A stretch of 37,040 bases of DNA from an uncultured Clostridia bacterium (GCA_947624945.1 CANQMJ010000002.1:1-37040); one strand, 5' to 3'; positions 26,666 to 37,040 are shown, counted from the stretch's first letter. Notes: generated by a model not told the origin, from the letters alone. Program-made: numbers and translations.

Positions 26666-27790
26666 ATGATCTGTAAAACAATCACATACCGCGACTTCCG
26701 CAATATCGAAGAAGGCACGCTTACGTGCTCGCCCGGCGTAACTATCCTCTACGGCAAAAACGCGCAGGGCAAAACGAATATGCTCGAGGGCGTTTATATG
26801 TTCGCGCAGGGCAAAAGCCACAGGGCAAGGGTCGAGTCGGAGCTTATCAGATTCGGCGCGGATGCGGCGTATATTTCAATGAAATATCGTTCGGACAAAA
26901 GCGCCGCTGCCGAATCCGAGCTGTCGATGACGATAGAGCGCGGGCACAGAAAGACGCCGTATAAAAACGGTGTGCGGCTCGACAGAATGTCGGAGATGAT
27001 AGGCAATTTCCGCGCCGTGCTGTTTTCGCCCGAGCATCTCTCGATCGTGAAGGGCGCGCCGTCGGAGAGGCGGTCGTTTCTCGACGTTGCAATATCGCAG
27101 CTCCGCCCCGTTTACGTGCGGACGCTGCAAAGATACAACGCCATACTTCTTCAGCGCAACGCGCTTTTGAAGTCCGCAGCGCGGCGCGGCGCACGTCCCG
27201 ATGCGGTACTCCTCGAGTCGTGGTCGGAGCAGCTCTCGGAATATGCGGCAAAGATCGCGGTGATAAGAGCGGGATATGCCGATAAGCTGTCCGATATCGC
27301 GTCCGAGCTTTACGCGGACATGACGGGGAAGCGCGAGGATATAAAGATCTCGTATCACGGCACATCTCGGATAGGCGGCGACTACGGCGACGAGGAAAGG
27401 GTGCGCGACATCTACCGCCGTCAGCTCACGGAGAATACGGAGCGCGAGATCATGCTCGGCGCGACGCAGTACGGCATACACAAGGACGATGTTGACATCT
27501 TCATCGACGGGAAAGAGGCGAAGCTTTACGCGTCGCAGGGTCAGCAGCGCAGCATCGTGCTCGTTTTGAAGCTTTCTGAGGGCGAATATTCTCGGCGTCA
27601 GACGGGCGAGTACCCGGTCCTCTTACTTGACGACGTGCTCTCCGAGCTCGACACGCAGAGAAGAGCATACGTCATGGGCGGTATAAAGGACAGGCAGGTA
27701 ATTATCACATCGTGCGATATGTCGGCGCGGCGGCGGGTGAAGGACTGCGTCTGTTACAGCGTCAGAAACGGAAAATGGAGCGAGACATGA
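26666..27790 (+). CDS. recF: DNA replication/repair protein RecF
   Basis: 374-aa ORF with Walker A GKNAQGKTNMLE, signature ASQGQQRS and Walker B VLLLDDVLSELD. Confidence 0.95.
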   Translation: MICKTITYRDFRNIEEGTLTCSPGVTILYGKNAQGKTNMLEGVYMFAQGKSHRARVESELIRFGADAAYISMKYRSDKSAAAESELSMTIERGHRKTPYKNGVRLDRMSEMIGNFRAVLFSPEHLSIVKGAPSERRSFLDVAISQLRPVYVRTLQRYNAILLQRNALLKSAARRGARPDAVLLESWSEQLSEYAAKIAVIRAGYADKLSDIASELYADMTGKREDIKISYHGTSRIGGDYGDEERVRDIYRRQLTENTEREIMLGATQYGIHKDDVDIFIDGKEAKLYASQGQQRSIVLVLKLSEGEYSRRQTGEYPVLLLDDVLSELDTQRRAYVMGGIKDRQVIITSCDMSARRRVKDCVCYSVRNGKWSET

Positions 27791-27791
27791 T

Positions 27792-28028
27792 ATGTATATA
27801 CACGTAGGCAACGGCAGGCTCAGACGCGCGGAGGAAATAATAGGCGTGTTCGATATGGACACGTCGACGGTCGCCGACGATACACGCGAATTTTTGGCGC
27901 GGTCGCAGCGCGAGGGCAGAGTCATCGCGACGACGTATGAGCTGCCGCGCAGCTTCATTCTGACGTGCGACGATATGGTGACGATATCGCAGCTTTCGCC
28001 GAACGCTCTCGGCGGAAGGATAGGATAA
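27792..28028 (+). CDS. DUF370 protein (RemB/YaaB-like)
   Basis: 78-aa ORF (MYIHVGNGRLRRAEEIIGVFDMD...) in the conserved recF-gyrB slot that remB (yaaB) occupies in Bacillus. Confidence 0.8.
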   Translation: MYIHVGNGRLRRAEEIIGVFDMDTSTVADDTREFLARSQREGRVIATTYELPRSFILTCDDMVTISQLSPNALGGRIG

Positions 28029-28044
28029 AAACTAAGGATAGTTT

Positions 28045-28362
28045 ATGGATAGAGATAAAATACGTAAACTATATATTGAGGGCAAGGTCAAATGGACCGT
28101 GCACGGACTCGAGAGGATGCAGGAAAAGGATATCAGTATGGACGATATCGAAAACTGCATTATGAACGGAGAAGAAATTGAGGATTATCCCTACGATTAT
28201 CCTTTTCCAAGCTGTCTTATCTTCGGATACGATAAAAACGACTGTGTGATACACACCGTTGTCGGTGCGAATGATAATGAGCTTTATATTATAACCTCAT
28301 ATAGACCGAGCACCGATATATTTGAAGCTAACCTTAAAACGAGAAAGGTAAGAAAGGTCTGA
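28045..28362 (+). CDS. DUF4258-family putative toxin
   Basis: 105-aa ORF (KVKWTVHGLERMQEKDISMDDIENCIMNGEEIEDYP...IHTVV..NDNELYIITSYRP). AT-rich codon usage is unlike the neighbours. It is followed 2 nt later by a zinc-finger ORF. Confidence 0.7.
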   Translation: MDRDKIRKLYIEGKVKWTVHGLERMQEKDISMDDIENCIMNGEEIEDYPYDYPFPSCLIFGYDKNDCVIHTVVGANDNELYIITSYRPSTDIFEANLKTRKVRKV

Positions 28363-28364
28363 AT

Positions 28365-28592
28365 ATGTGCATGTATTGTAAATGCACAGACACTGTGCCG
28401 TCGGTGACGACGCATGTCGTGAACTATAAGAACTGCATCATCGTAATCAAAAACGTTCCGTGTATGGAATGTGCGGGATGCGGCGAGCGGTACTATTCCA
28501 ATGAAGTTGCAAAGCGACTCGACGTACTCGTGAGTATGGCAAAGCAGCTTATGCAGGAGATTTCGGTCATAGATTACACGAAATCGGCTTGA
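28365..28592 (+). CDS. YgiT-type zinc-finger protein (MqsA N-domain-like putative antitoxin, no HTH domain)
   Basis: 75-aa ORF with CMYC ... CMECAGCGERYY (two CxxC pairs). It is closely coupled to the DUF4258 ORF (2-nt gap) and shares its low-GC block. Confidence 0.7.
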   Translation: MCMYCKCTDTVPSVTTHVVNYKNCIIVIKNVPCMECAGCGERYYSNEVAKRLDVLVSMAKQLMQEISVIDYTKSA

Positions 28593-28626
28593 AGAAGTCC
28601 CCGCGAAAACTTTCACTAAAACAATA

Positions 28627-28708
28627 TTATAAAAATTCTTGAAGATTCCAAAGGAACTTATTATAAGAAGTTCCTTTGGCGGGGTTTGGGGCGGCGCCCC
28701 AAATTAAA
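28627..28708 (+). repeat. family-1 variant with two hairpins (upstream of gyrB)
   Basis: TTATAAAAATTCTTGAAGATT, then CCAAAGGAACTT-loop-AAGTTCCTTTGG, then CGGGGTTTGGGGCGGCGCCCCAAATTAAAT. Confidence 0.9.
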
Positions 28709-28726
28709 TTAAAATCGAGGCAATAA

Positions 28727-30688
<1,962 letters not shown>

Positions 30689-30698
30689 TAGTCTTTTC

Positions 30699-30780
30699 GC
30701 GGGGAAGAAACTTTTCGAGAGAAAGCTGGCTTTTCCTTCGGAAAAGCTCCCCGCACCCCAACTTCAAAAGCTTTTATTAC
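30699..30780 (-). repeat. family-1 variant with nested double hairpin (after gyrB)
   Basis: Outer stem GCGGGGA/TCCCCGC encloses CTTTTCGAGAGAAAG and GGCTTTTCC-TTC-GGAAAAGC(t)C, followed by ACCCCAACTTCAAAAGCTTTTATTAC. It is a reverse-oriented paralog of 33461..33539. Confidence 0.85.
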
Positions 30781-30820
30781 AAGTTTTTGAAGTTTGAAGA
30801 TACGAAAAATAGAAAAAAGT

Positions 30821-30877
30821 AAGAAAAGTTTTTGAGGAGGGTCCGGGAGGGACTTTTTACAAAAAGTCCTTCCCGGG
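30821..30877 (+). repeat. family-1 hairpin element between SD-like tract and gyrA start
   Basis: AAGAAAAGTTTTTGAGGAGGG, then the stem TCCGGGAGGGACTTTTT / AAAAAGTCCTTCCCGGG (with G-T pairs), then 5 nt and the gyrA ATG. Confidence 0.9.
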
Positions 30878-30882
30878 AAATC

Positions 30883-33447
30883 ATGAAAGAACAAGAAAGA
30901 GTAGATTTTCCTGATCAGAAGATAATAGACGTCGAGATGCATGAGGAGGTCAAGAAGTCCTTTATTGCGTACTCGATGAGTGTTATAACGAGCAGGGCGC
31001 TGCCTGACGTAAGGGACGGCATGAAGCCGGTGCAGAGGCGAATTTTATATTCGATGTTCGAGGAAAAATTCACCTACGACCGTCCGATACCGAAGTCGGC
31101 GAAGATCGTCGGCGCCGTCATGGGTAATTATCACCCGCACGGCGACTCGTCGATTTATTTTGCGCTGATCAGAATGGCGCAGCCGTTCTCGTATCGTTAT
31201 CCGCTCGTATTCTGCGATTCCAACTACGGTACCGTAGACGGCGACCCGCCGGCTGCGATGCGTTACACCGAGACGAAGCTCGCGAAGCTGGCGGATGAAA
31301 TGGTCGCCGACATCGGCAAGGACGTCGTCGATTTCAGACCGAACTACGACAATACGCTGAAAGAGCCCGTCGTTTTGCCGTCGCGTTTCCCGAATCTGCT
31401 CGTCAACGGCAGCATGGGCATCGCGGTCGGTATGGCGACGAACATTCCGACGCACAATTTAGCCGAGACGATAGACGGCACGCTTTATCTGATGGATCAC
31501 CCCGATGCGACGACGGGCGAGCTGATGCAGTACATCAAGGGCCCCGACTTCCCGACGGGAGCGATAATATACGGCACGTCGGGCATTTATGAGGCGTATG
31601 CGACGGGACGCGGGCATATCACCGTCCGCTCGCGGTGCGAGATAGACGAGGAGCATCACCGCATCACCGCGACAGAGATACCGTACGGCGTAAACAAGAG
31701 CGAGCTTGTCAAGTCGATATGGGCGCTCAAGGAAGAAAAGCGCGTCGACGGCATGACGGGGCTCCGCGACGAGTCGGGACGCCACGGCATGAAGATAGTC
31801 ATCGACTACCGCCGCGACGTCAACCCGCAGGTGCTCTTAAATCAGCTTTTCCGCTACACGCAGCTCCAGGACACGTGCGCGGTCAACATGGTCGCGCTCG
31901 TCGGCGGCGAGCCGAAGACGTGTACGCTCAAGGATATCCTCGTCGAGTACATCAAGCATCAGGAGGACGTCGTAACGAGGCGGCTCCGCTTCGATCTTGC
32001 GCGCGCGAAACGCGAGGCGCACATATACGAGGGTTACAAGATCGCGCTCGACTACATTGACGAGATAGTGAAGCTCATACGCGCCGCGTCCTCCATCGCG
32101 GATGCGAAGATATCGCTCTGCGACCGGTTCGGTCTTGACGACGTGCAGGCGCAGGCGATAGTGGACATGACGCTCGGCAGACTGACGGGTCTTGAACGTC
32201 AGAAGGTCGAGGACAGGCTCGCGAAGCTGTACGAGGAGATAGACTATATCGAGGGAATACTCGCCGACGAAAATAAGCTCAAAGCGCTCATCAAGTCGGA
32301 GATGACGGCGATACGCGACAAGTACGCGGACGAAAGACGCACCGAGATCGTGCCGGTCGAGGACGAAATTCTGACCGAGGACCTCATCGAGCGCCACAAC
32401 TGCCTCATCACGGTCACGCACGCCGGCTACATCAAGCGCCAGCGCGCCGACGTCTACTCCGCGCAGAGACGCGGCGGCAAGGGCATCATCGCCATGTCGA
32501 CGAAAGAGGAGGACTTCATCGAGCGCGTCATCGCGGCGGACAGTCACAGCGATCTGTTGATGTTCACCGATACGGGCAAGGTGTTCACGCGCCGCGCATA
32601 TCAGATACCAGAGTCGGGACGCACGTCGCGCGGTACGAATATAGCGAATATAATCGAGCTCGAGCAGGGCGAAAGCGTGACCGCGTTCGTCACCGTCAAC
32701 GACGCTGACGGCGACGGATACAAGAACGGTTATCTTGCGATGGTGACGAGAAACGGCACCGTCAAGCGCACACCGCTTTCCGAGTTCGAGTATCAGCGCA
32801 AGGGCGGCAAGCGCGCCATCACGCTCGAGGACGGCGACGAGCTCATGTTTGTCGGCTGCACGGACGGCGAACGCGATATCATAATCGCGTCGTCGTCGGG
32901 ACGCGCCGTCAGATTCAGCGAGAGCGGCGTCCGCAGTCAGGGCAGGACGGCGAGAGGCGTCCGCGGCATCCGTCTGCGCGAGGGCGAGCGCGTCGTCGGC
33001 GCGACGATAGTCGAGCCGGGCAAGACGCTCCTTACGATAACGGAGAACGGATTCGGCAAGCGAACGGAGTTCGATCTGTTCGAGGTCAAGAACCGCGGCG
33101 GACTCGGCATATTCTGCCACAACATCACGCCTCGCACGGGCGCGCTCGTCGGTATCGCGTCGGCGGGCGAGGACGAAGACATCATGCTCATCACCGACAC
33201 GGGCGTCATGATACGCACGCATGCGGGCGACATAAGCACGTACCGCCGTGCGGCGTCGGGCGTTATCGTGATGAGGACGGGCGATTCGAAAGTGGCGAAT
33301 TTCGCGGTCGTGGAACGCGACGACGAAGCCGAGGTCGCATCGGTTGAGCTCACCGAGCAGGAAGAAGCCGTCGACGATGTAAACGATGCAGACGATGAAG
33401 TCGACGTCGATGAAACGAGCATCGACGACACGAACGATAATGAATGA
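30883..33447 (+). CDS. gyrA: DNA gyrase subunit A
   Basis: Start at MKEQERV.. by N-terminal family pattern (SFIAYSMSVITSRALPDVRDGMKPVQRRILY). Active-site AAMRYTE motif, an acidic C-terminal tail. The tracked start at 30832 runs through a repeat hairpin. Confidence 0.95.
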   Translation: MKEQERVDFPDQKIIDVEMHEEVKKSFIAYSMSVITSRALPDVRDGMKPVQRRILYSMFEEKFTYDRPIPKSAKIVGAVMGNYHPHGDSSIYFALIRMAQPFSYRYPLVFCDSNYGTVDGDPPAAMRYTETKLAKLADEMVADIGKDVVDFRPNYDNTLKEPVVLPSRFPNLLVNGSMGIAVGMATNIPTHNLAETIDGTLYLMDHPDATTGELMQYIKGPDFPTGAIIYGTSGIYEAYATGRGHITVRSRCEIDEEHHRITATEIPYGVNKSELVKSIWALKEEKRVDGMTGLRDESGRHGMKIVIDYRRDVNPQVLLNQLFRYTQLQDTCAVNMVALVGGEPKTCTLKDILVEYIKHQEDVVTRRLRFDLARAKREAHIYEGYKIALDYIDEIVKLIRAASSIADAKISLCDRFGLDDVQAQAIVDMTLGRLTGLERQKVEDRLAKLYEEIDYIEGILADENKLKALIKSEMTAIRDKYADERRTEIVPVEDEILTEDLIERHNCLITVTHAGYIKRQRADVYSAQRRGGKGIIAMSTKEEDFIERVIAADSHSDLLMFTDTGKVFTRRAYQIPESGRTSRGTNIANIIELEQGESVTAFVTVNDADGDGYKNGYLAMVTRNGTVKRTPLSEFEYQRKGGKRAITLEDGDELMFVGCTDGERDIIIASSSGRAVRFSESGVRSQGRTARGVRGIRLREGERVVGATIVEPGKTLLTITENGFGKRTEFDLFEVKNRGGLGIFCHNITPRTGALVGIASAGEDEDIMLITDTGVMIRTHAGDISTYRRAASGVIVMRTGDSKVANFAVVERDDEAEVASVELTEQEEAVDDVNDADDEVDVDETSIDDTNDNE

Positions 33448-34060
33448 TAAAAATAAGTCGGTAAAAGTTTTTGAAAAGGGGGGTGCAGGGAGCTTTTCCG
33501 AAGGAAAAGCCAACTTTCTCCTGAAAAGTTTCCCCCTGCTCCTGACCCTTCTTCTCCTCCTGACGTCCTGCGCGGGCGGGGTGCCGGAGGATGAAGCGGC
33601 GGGGATAGTAAGCGAGCTGGTCGAAGCGTCGCTGCCGCTCAACGAGATATATTTCGGAGAGGGGATGCCGGTCGAGGAGGACGGTTACGGTGCGTACAGG
33701 GCCGTGACGGACGATGCGCCGTATCTGACGGAGGCGGCGCTGCGCGAGGCGACCGAGGCTGTATTCACGGGCAGCTATTCCGAGTATCTGTTTGGGATGT
33801 TTCTGACCGGTTACAGCGACGACGACGTGGACGGCGTCGTGTACGCGCGGTATGTGGAGAACGGCGACAGGCTGTCGATGCGAGTCGCGGGAGATGTGGA
33901 GAAAATTCCCGCGCGCGAGTATGACATGGATTCGATCGTGATAATCCGCACGACGAAGGACACTATCGAGGCGGAGATCACGTCCGATGACGGCACCGTC
34001 GTCGACGTGACGGCGCGGCTCGAGGACGCCGGCTGGCGGCTCGATTCCCCTACGTATTAA
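33440..34060 (+). CDS. putative lipoprotein (start uncertain)
   Basis: Signal peptide with lipobox: KSFPLLLTLLLLLTS-C-AGG. The first in-frame ATG (33440) overlaps the gyrA stop and has no RBS. CTG at 33521 would give a textbook MKSFPLLL... signal. I do not recognise the mature domain. Confidence 0.55.
   Translation: MNDKNKSVKVFEKGGAGSFSEGKANFLLKSFPLLLTLLLLLTSCAGGVPEDEAAGIVSELVEASLPLNEIYFGEGMPVEEDGYGAYRAVTDDAPYLTEAALREATEAVFTGSYSEYLFGMFLTGYSDDDVDGVVYARYVENGDRLSMRVAGDVEKIPAREYDMDSIVIIRTTKDTIEAEITSDDGTVVDVTARLEDAGWRLDSPTY
33461..33539 (+). repeat. family-1 variant with nested double hairpin (after gyrA)
   Basis: GTAAAAGTTTTTGAAAAGGGGGGTGCAGGGAGCTTTTCCGAAGGAAAAGCCAACTTTCTCCTGAAAAGTTTCCCCCTGC. 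It overlaps the 5' part of the lipoprotein ORF. Confidence 0.85.
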
Positions 34061-34460
34061 GCGGGTGGTTTTCGCGAAGCGAAACCGCCGCAGAACAAGC
34101 TTCACCACACTTTTCGCGAAGCGAAAACGTGTAGTAGCTCCGAACGTAGTGAGGAGATACCGGCTTCGCAGCTTCACGTTTGCGCACCTCGCTCGTGCGC
34201 TGACGGCGCGACACGGCTTGACGCAGACACGACGTTTTGGCAGCGCACTCGCCGTGCCGCGAGGGAGCTGTTCGCAGGAAGTGTTGACGCGGTCGGAGCC
34301 CCGATGCCTTTTTTGCCGCAGACTCGATAACAACGTAGGCATGTAGTGCCGCTTTCGGGGATCATTAATGGGGCTGGGAGATTCCGCTTGCGGAATCTCC
34401 GGAAGTTGTCTTTGACAACTTCCACTTTCACCGACACTGGAAAGAGTCCCTTAATACGCG
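34061..34460 (-). repeat. large hairpin-rich element, diverged copy C1
   Basis: The reverse complement shares the blocks TTATCGAGTCTGCGGCAA, GACCGCGT..TTCCTGCGAACAGCTCCCTCGCGGC, AAACGTCGTGTCTGCGT and CACGAGCGAGGTGCGC. The central hairpin is replaced by GGAGATTCCGC/GCGGAATCTCC (34377..34400) and GGAAGTTGTC/GACAACTTCC (34401..34423). Confidence 0.8.
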
Positions 34461-34541
34461 TGTATTCGTCGAGCGAAGGACGAAATAGCCACCTTATGCT
34501 GTGAGCATATAAAAAATTCACATTGATTTGTGAAAAAACAC

Positions 34542-34570
34542 TTGACAGATTGCAAATTTTGTGGTATAAT
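34542..34570 (+). promoter_or_regulatory. consensus sigma-A promoter (repeated promoter module, copy 2)
   Basis: TTGACA, 17-nt spacer, TGgTATAAT. It fires into the large repeat element at 34597..35085. Confidence 0.8.
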
Positions 34571-34596
34571 ATAGGCAGTTCAAGAGAAATAGTGTT

Positions 34597-35085
34597 CTCC
34601 CACACTTTTCGCGAAGCGAAAACGTGTCGCAGGTCGTAGCGTTAGCTGCGAACTGCCGCTCACCGCGGTTCAATGTGCGTTGCACACCGACCGGCAGCTA
34701 CCTTTGATTACCTGACGTGGTGACGTCTTTCACACCTTTCAACCGGTTTTTGACAAGGAGGACTTTCTCGCGAGAAAGTCCCCCTTGTCGAACCCGAAAG
34801 AGGCTCCCGTGTGGCGTCGATGTTATCCAGTCTGCGGCAAGAAATGCTTCGGGGCGTAGACCGCGTTATCATTTCCTGCGAACAGCTCCCTCGCGGCGTG
34901 TCGACTGCGTCGTCGAAACGTCGTGTCTGCGTTTGACAATGGGTGCGTCGGGCATCACACGAGCGCGGTGCGCGTAGGTGAAACTGCGAAGCCTTACGGC
35001 GGCAGTTCGTCGCTATCGCGCCGACCTGCGACACGTTTCCGCTGGCGCGGAAAGTGTGGCGTTGCCATTACTTGGACGGCGGTAG
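34597..35085 (+). repeat. large hairpin-rich element, copy C2 (promoter-proximal, with ~60-nt terminal inverted repeats)
   Basis: This is the most complete copy. The left arm 34600..34659 and right arm 34999..35059 are imperfect inverted repeats, each a REP hairpin plus a GCAG...CTGC hairpin. It starts about 20 nt after the predicted transcription start of the 34542 promoter. Confidence 0.9.
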
Positions 35086-35128
35086 GGGACGTATAAATTT
35101 TCATCTTTAGAAAAAATAGAAAATGGTA

Positions 35129-35157
35129 TTGATTTTTTTCCGTGTATCTGTTACAAT
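35129..35157 (+). promoter_or_regulatory. putative recA promoter
   Basis: TTGATT, 17-nt spacer, TACAAT, 40 nt upstream of the recA ATG. Confidence 0.6.
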
Positions 35158-35161
35158 AGAG

Positions 35162-35175
35162 AAAACAAATGTTCG
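35162..35175. promoter_or_regulatory. putative LexA (Cheo) box
   Basis: AAAACAAATGTTCG versus the Firmicutes consensus CGAACATATGTTCG. The right half is perfect and the left half degenerate. It lies just downstream of the recA -10 box. Confidence 0.5.
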
Positions 35176-35196
35176 GTTTAGGAGAAAATAAAAGCT

Positions 35197-36330
<1,134 letters not shown>

Positions 36331-36333
36331 GCT

Positions 36334-36972
36334 TTGAGCATTCGTATCGCGGACATTGTAAACGGCAATTATACGGTGACGGTCACGATGACGGATCCGG
36401 ACGCGGACGGGGCGCTGCTGTCGTGCCGGGTTCTGTCGCGGTTTTGGCGCGGTCACATGCACCGTATCGGCGACGTCATCGACGATGCGGAAGCGGAGGC
36501 GATAGTGGATGCGGCGAGGGTGTGCGACGGTGTAGAGGTCGGTATGCGGCTGCTCGGGTATCGGGACAATTCGCTGCGCGGGCTGTCAAAGAAGCTGAGA
36601 GAACGCGGGTTTGACCGCGATGTCGCGGACATGGCGGCATCGGAGCTTGAAGCGATGGGGGCGATAGACGAGAAACGTCAGATCGCGCGGCGCGGACGCG
36701 AGTTTGCGGAGCGGAAGCTGCGCGGGCGGCGGCGCGTCGCCGCCGATTTGTGTGCGCTCGGCTATGAGCGCGGGCGCGTCGAGGAGTGGCTGTCGGAATG
36801 CGGCATCGACTTCGGCGCGATATGCGCGCGTGCGATAGAGAAAAAAGGCGGGGTGCCCGAACGCGGGGACGCGGACGGGAAACGGAGGCTGCTGTCGTAT
36901 CTTTACCGTCAGGGGTTTTCGTCCGAGGATATCAGGCGCGCGGTCGGAATAGTGAATGAGGAGAAAGTTTGA
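36334..36972 (+). CDS. recX: regulatory protein RecX
   Basis: 212-aa ORF with a TTG start 3 nt after the recA stop. Repeated three-helix RecX-type units (LLGYRDNSLRGLSKKLRERGF, RRRVAADLCALGYE, RRLLSYLYRQGFSSEDI). Confidence 0.85.
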   Translation: MSIRIADIVNGNYTVTVTMTDPDADGALLSCRVLSRFWRGHMHRIGDVIDDAEAEAIVDAARVCDGVEVGMRLLGYRDNSLRGLSKKLRERGFDRDVADMAASELEAMGAIDEKRQIARRGREFAERKLRGRRRVAADLCALGYERGRVEEWLSECGIDFGAICARAIEKKGGVPERGDADGKRRLLSYLYRQGFSSEDIRRAVGIVNEEKV

Positions 36973-37040
36973 AACAAAAGCACAATAGCCGAAGAGAAAA
37001 AAGTGCATGACAAAGAAGACTGTCGCAAGGGCAGTCAAAA

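Noticed and set aside
31837-33642. 601-aa ORF antisense to gyrA.
   Set aside because: It is an antisense shadow of gyrA with low-complexity, R/D/A-rich content and no recognisable domain.
34772-34785. GAGAAAGTCCCCC, which resembles the RNase P RNA P4 region (GGAAAGTCCGGGC).
   Set aside because: It is simply the 3' arm of a perfect 17-bp hairpin. No other RNase P RNA conserved regions are present and the element is multi-copy.
34823-34831. DnaA-box-like TTATCCAGT inside the conserved core of the large elements (also present in copy B).
   Set aside because: It matches only 7 of 9 positions, is embedded in a longer conserved block and becomes TTATCGAGT in copy C1. A DnaA-titration role cannot be supported from sequence alone.
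34717-34977. Conserved small ORFs inside the large elements (MVTSFTPFNRFLTR...; also 16666..16935 minus and the end of 4059..4373).
   Set aside because: Copies differ by indels that are not multiples of three, so the downstream conserved DNA is read in different frames. There is no RBS, and similarity continues outside the ORFs. The conservation is at the nucleotide or structure level.
37007-37040. Possible start of a further gene (MTKKTVARAVK...) after recX.
   Set aside because: Only 11 codons are visible, with a weak RBS. That is too little sequence to support a call.

Overview
Replication-origin region of a high-GC Firmicutes/Clostridia-type chromosome; the taxon is inferred from gene content only. 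I call 30 protein genes: abfA (GH51), a SAM-methyltransferase, hslO, radA, PFOR/nifJ, a small tail-anchored protein, rpsT, a Noc-like ParB paralog, soj, spo0J, serS, two membrane proteins (one MORN-repeat), rpmH-rnpA-yidD-yidC-jag, mnmE (opposite strand), dnaA, dnaN, recF, a remB-like DUF370 gene, a low-GC DUF4258/YgiT toxin-antitoxin pair, gyrB, gyrA, a lipoprotein, recA and recX. I saw no tRNA, rRNA, CRISPR array, transposase or integrase. oriC can be read in the 1.3-kb dnaA-dnaN spacer as a DnaA-box cluster, one box followed by a 3-nt periodic CTA/TTA run, and an AT-rich tract. Two near-consensus parS sites sit in front of a perfect sigma-A-type soj promoter. The unusual content is non-coding. 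Almost every intergenic region holds members of three interlocking repeat families. The first is long perfect hairpins with a TAATAAAAGTTTTTGAA arm, several placed exactly between a Shine-Dalgarno-like tract and the start codon of housekeeping genes. The second is REP-like hairpins (CACACTTTTCGC-loop-GCGAAAAGTGT) paired with a second hairpin that shows compensatory base changes. The third is a ~0.45-kb hairpin-rich, non-coding element present four times, one copy directly behind a consensus promoter upstream of recA. This third family is my best candidate for something undescribed: a large structured RNA or a non-autonomous mobile element. All calls come from reading the sequence and ORF translations; no database search was run.
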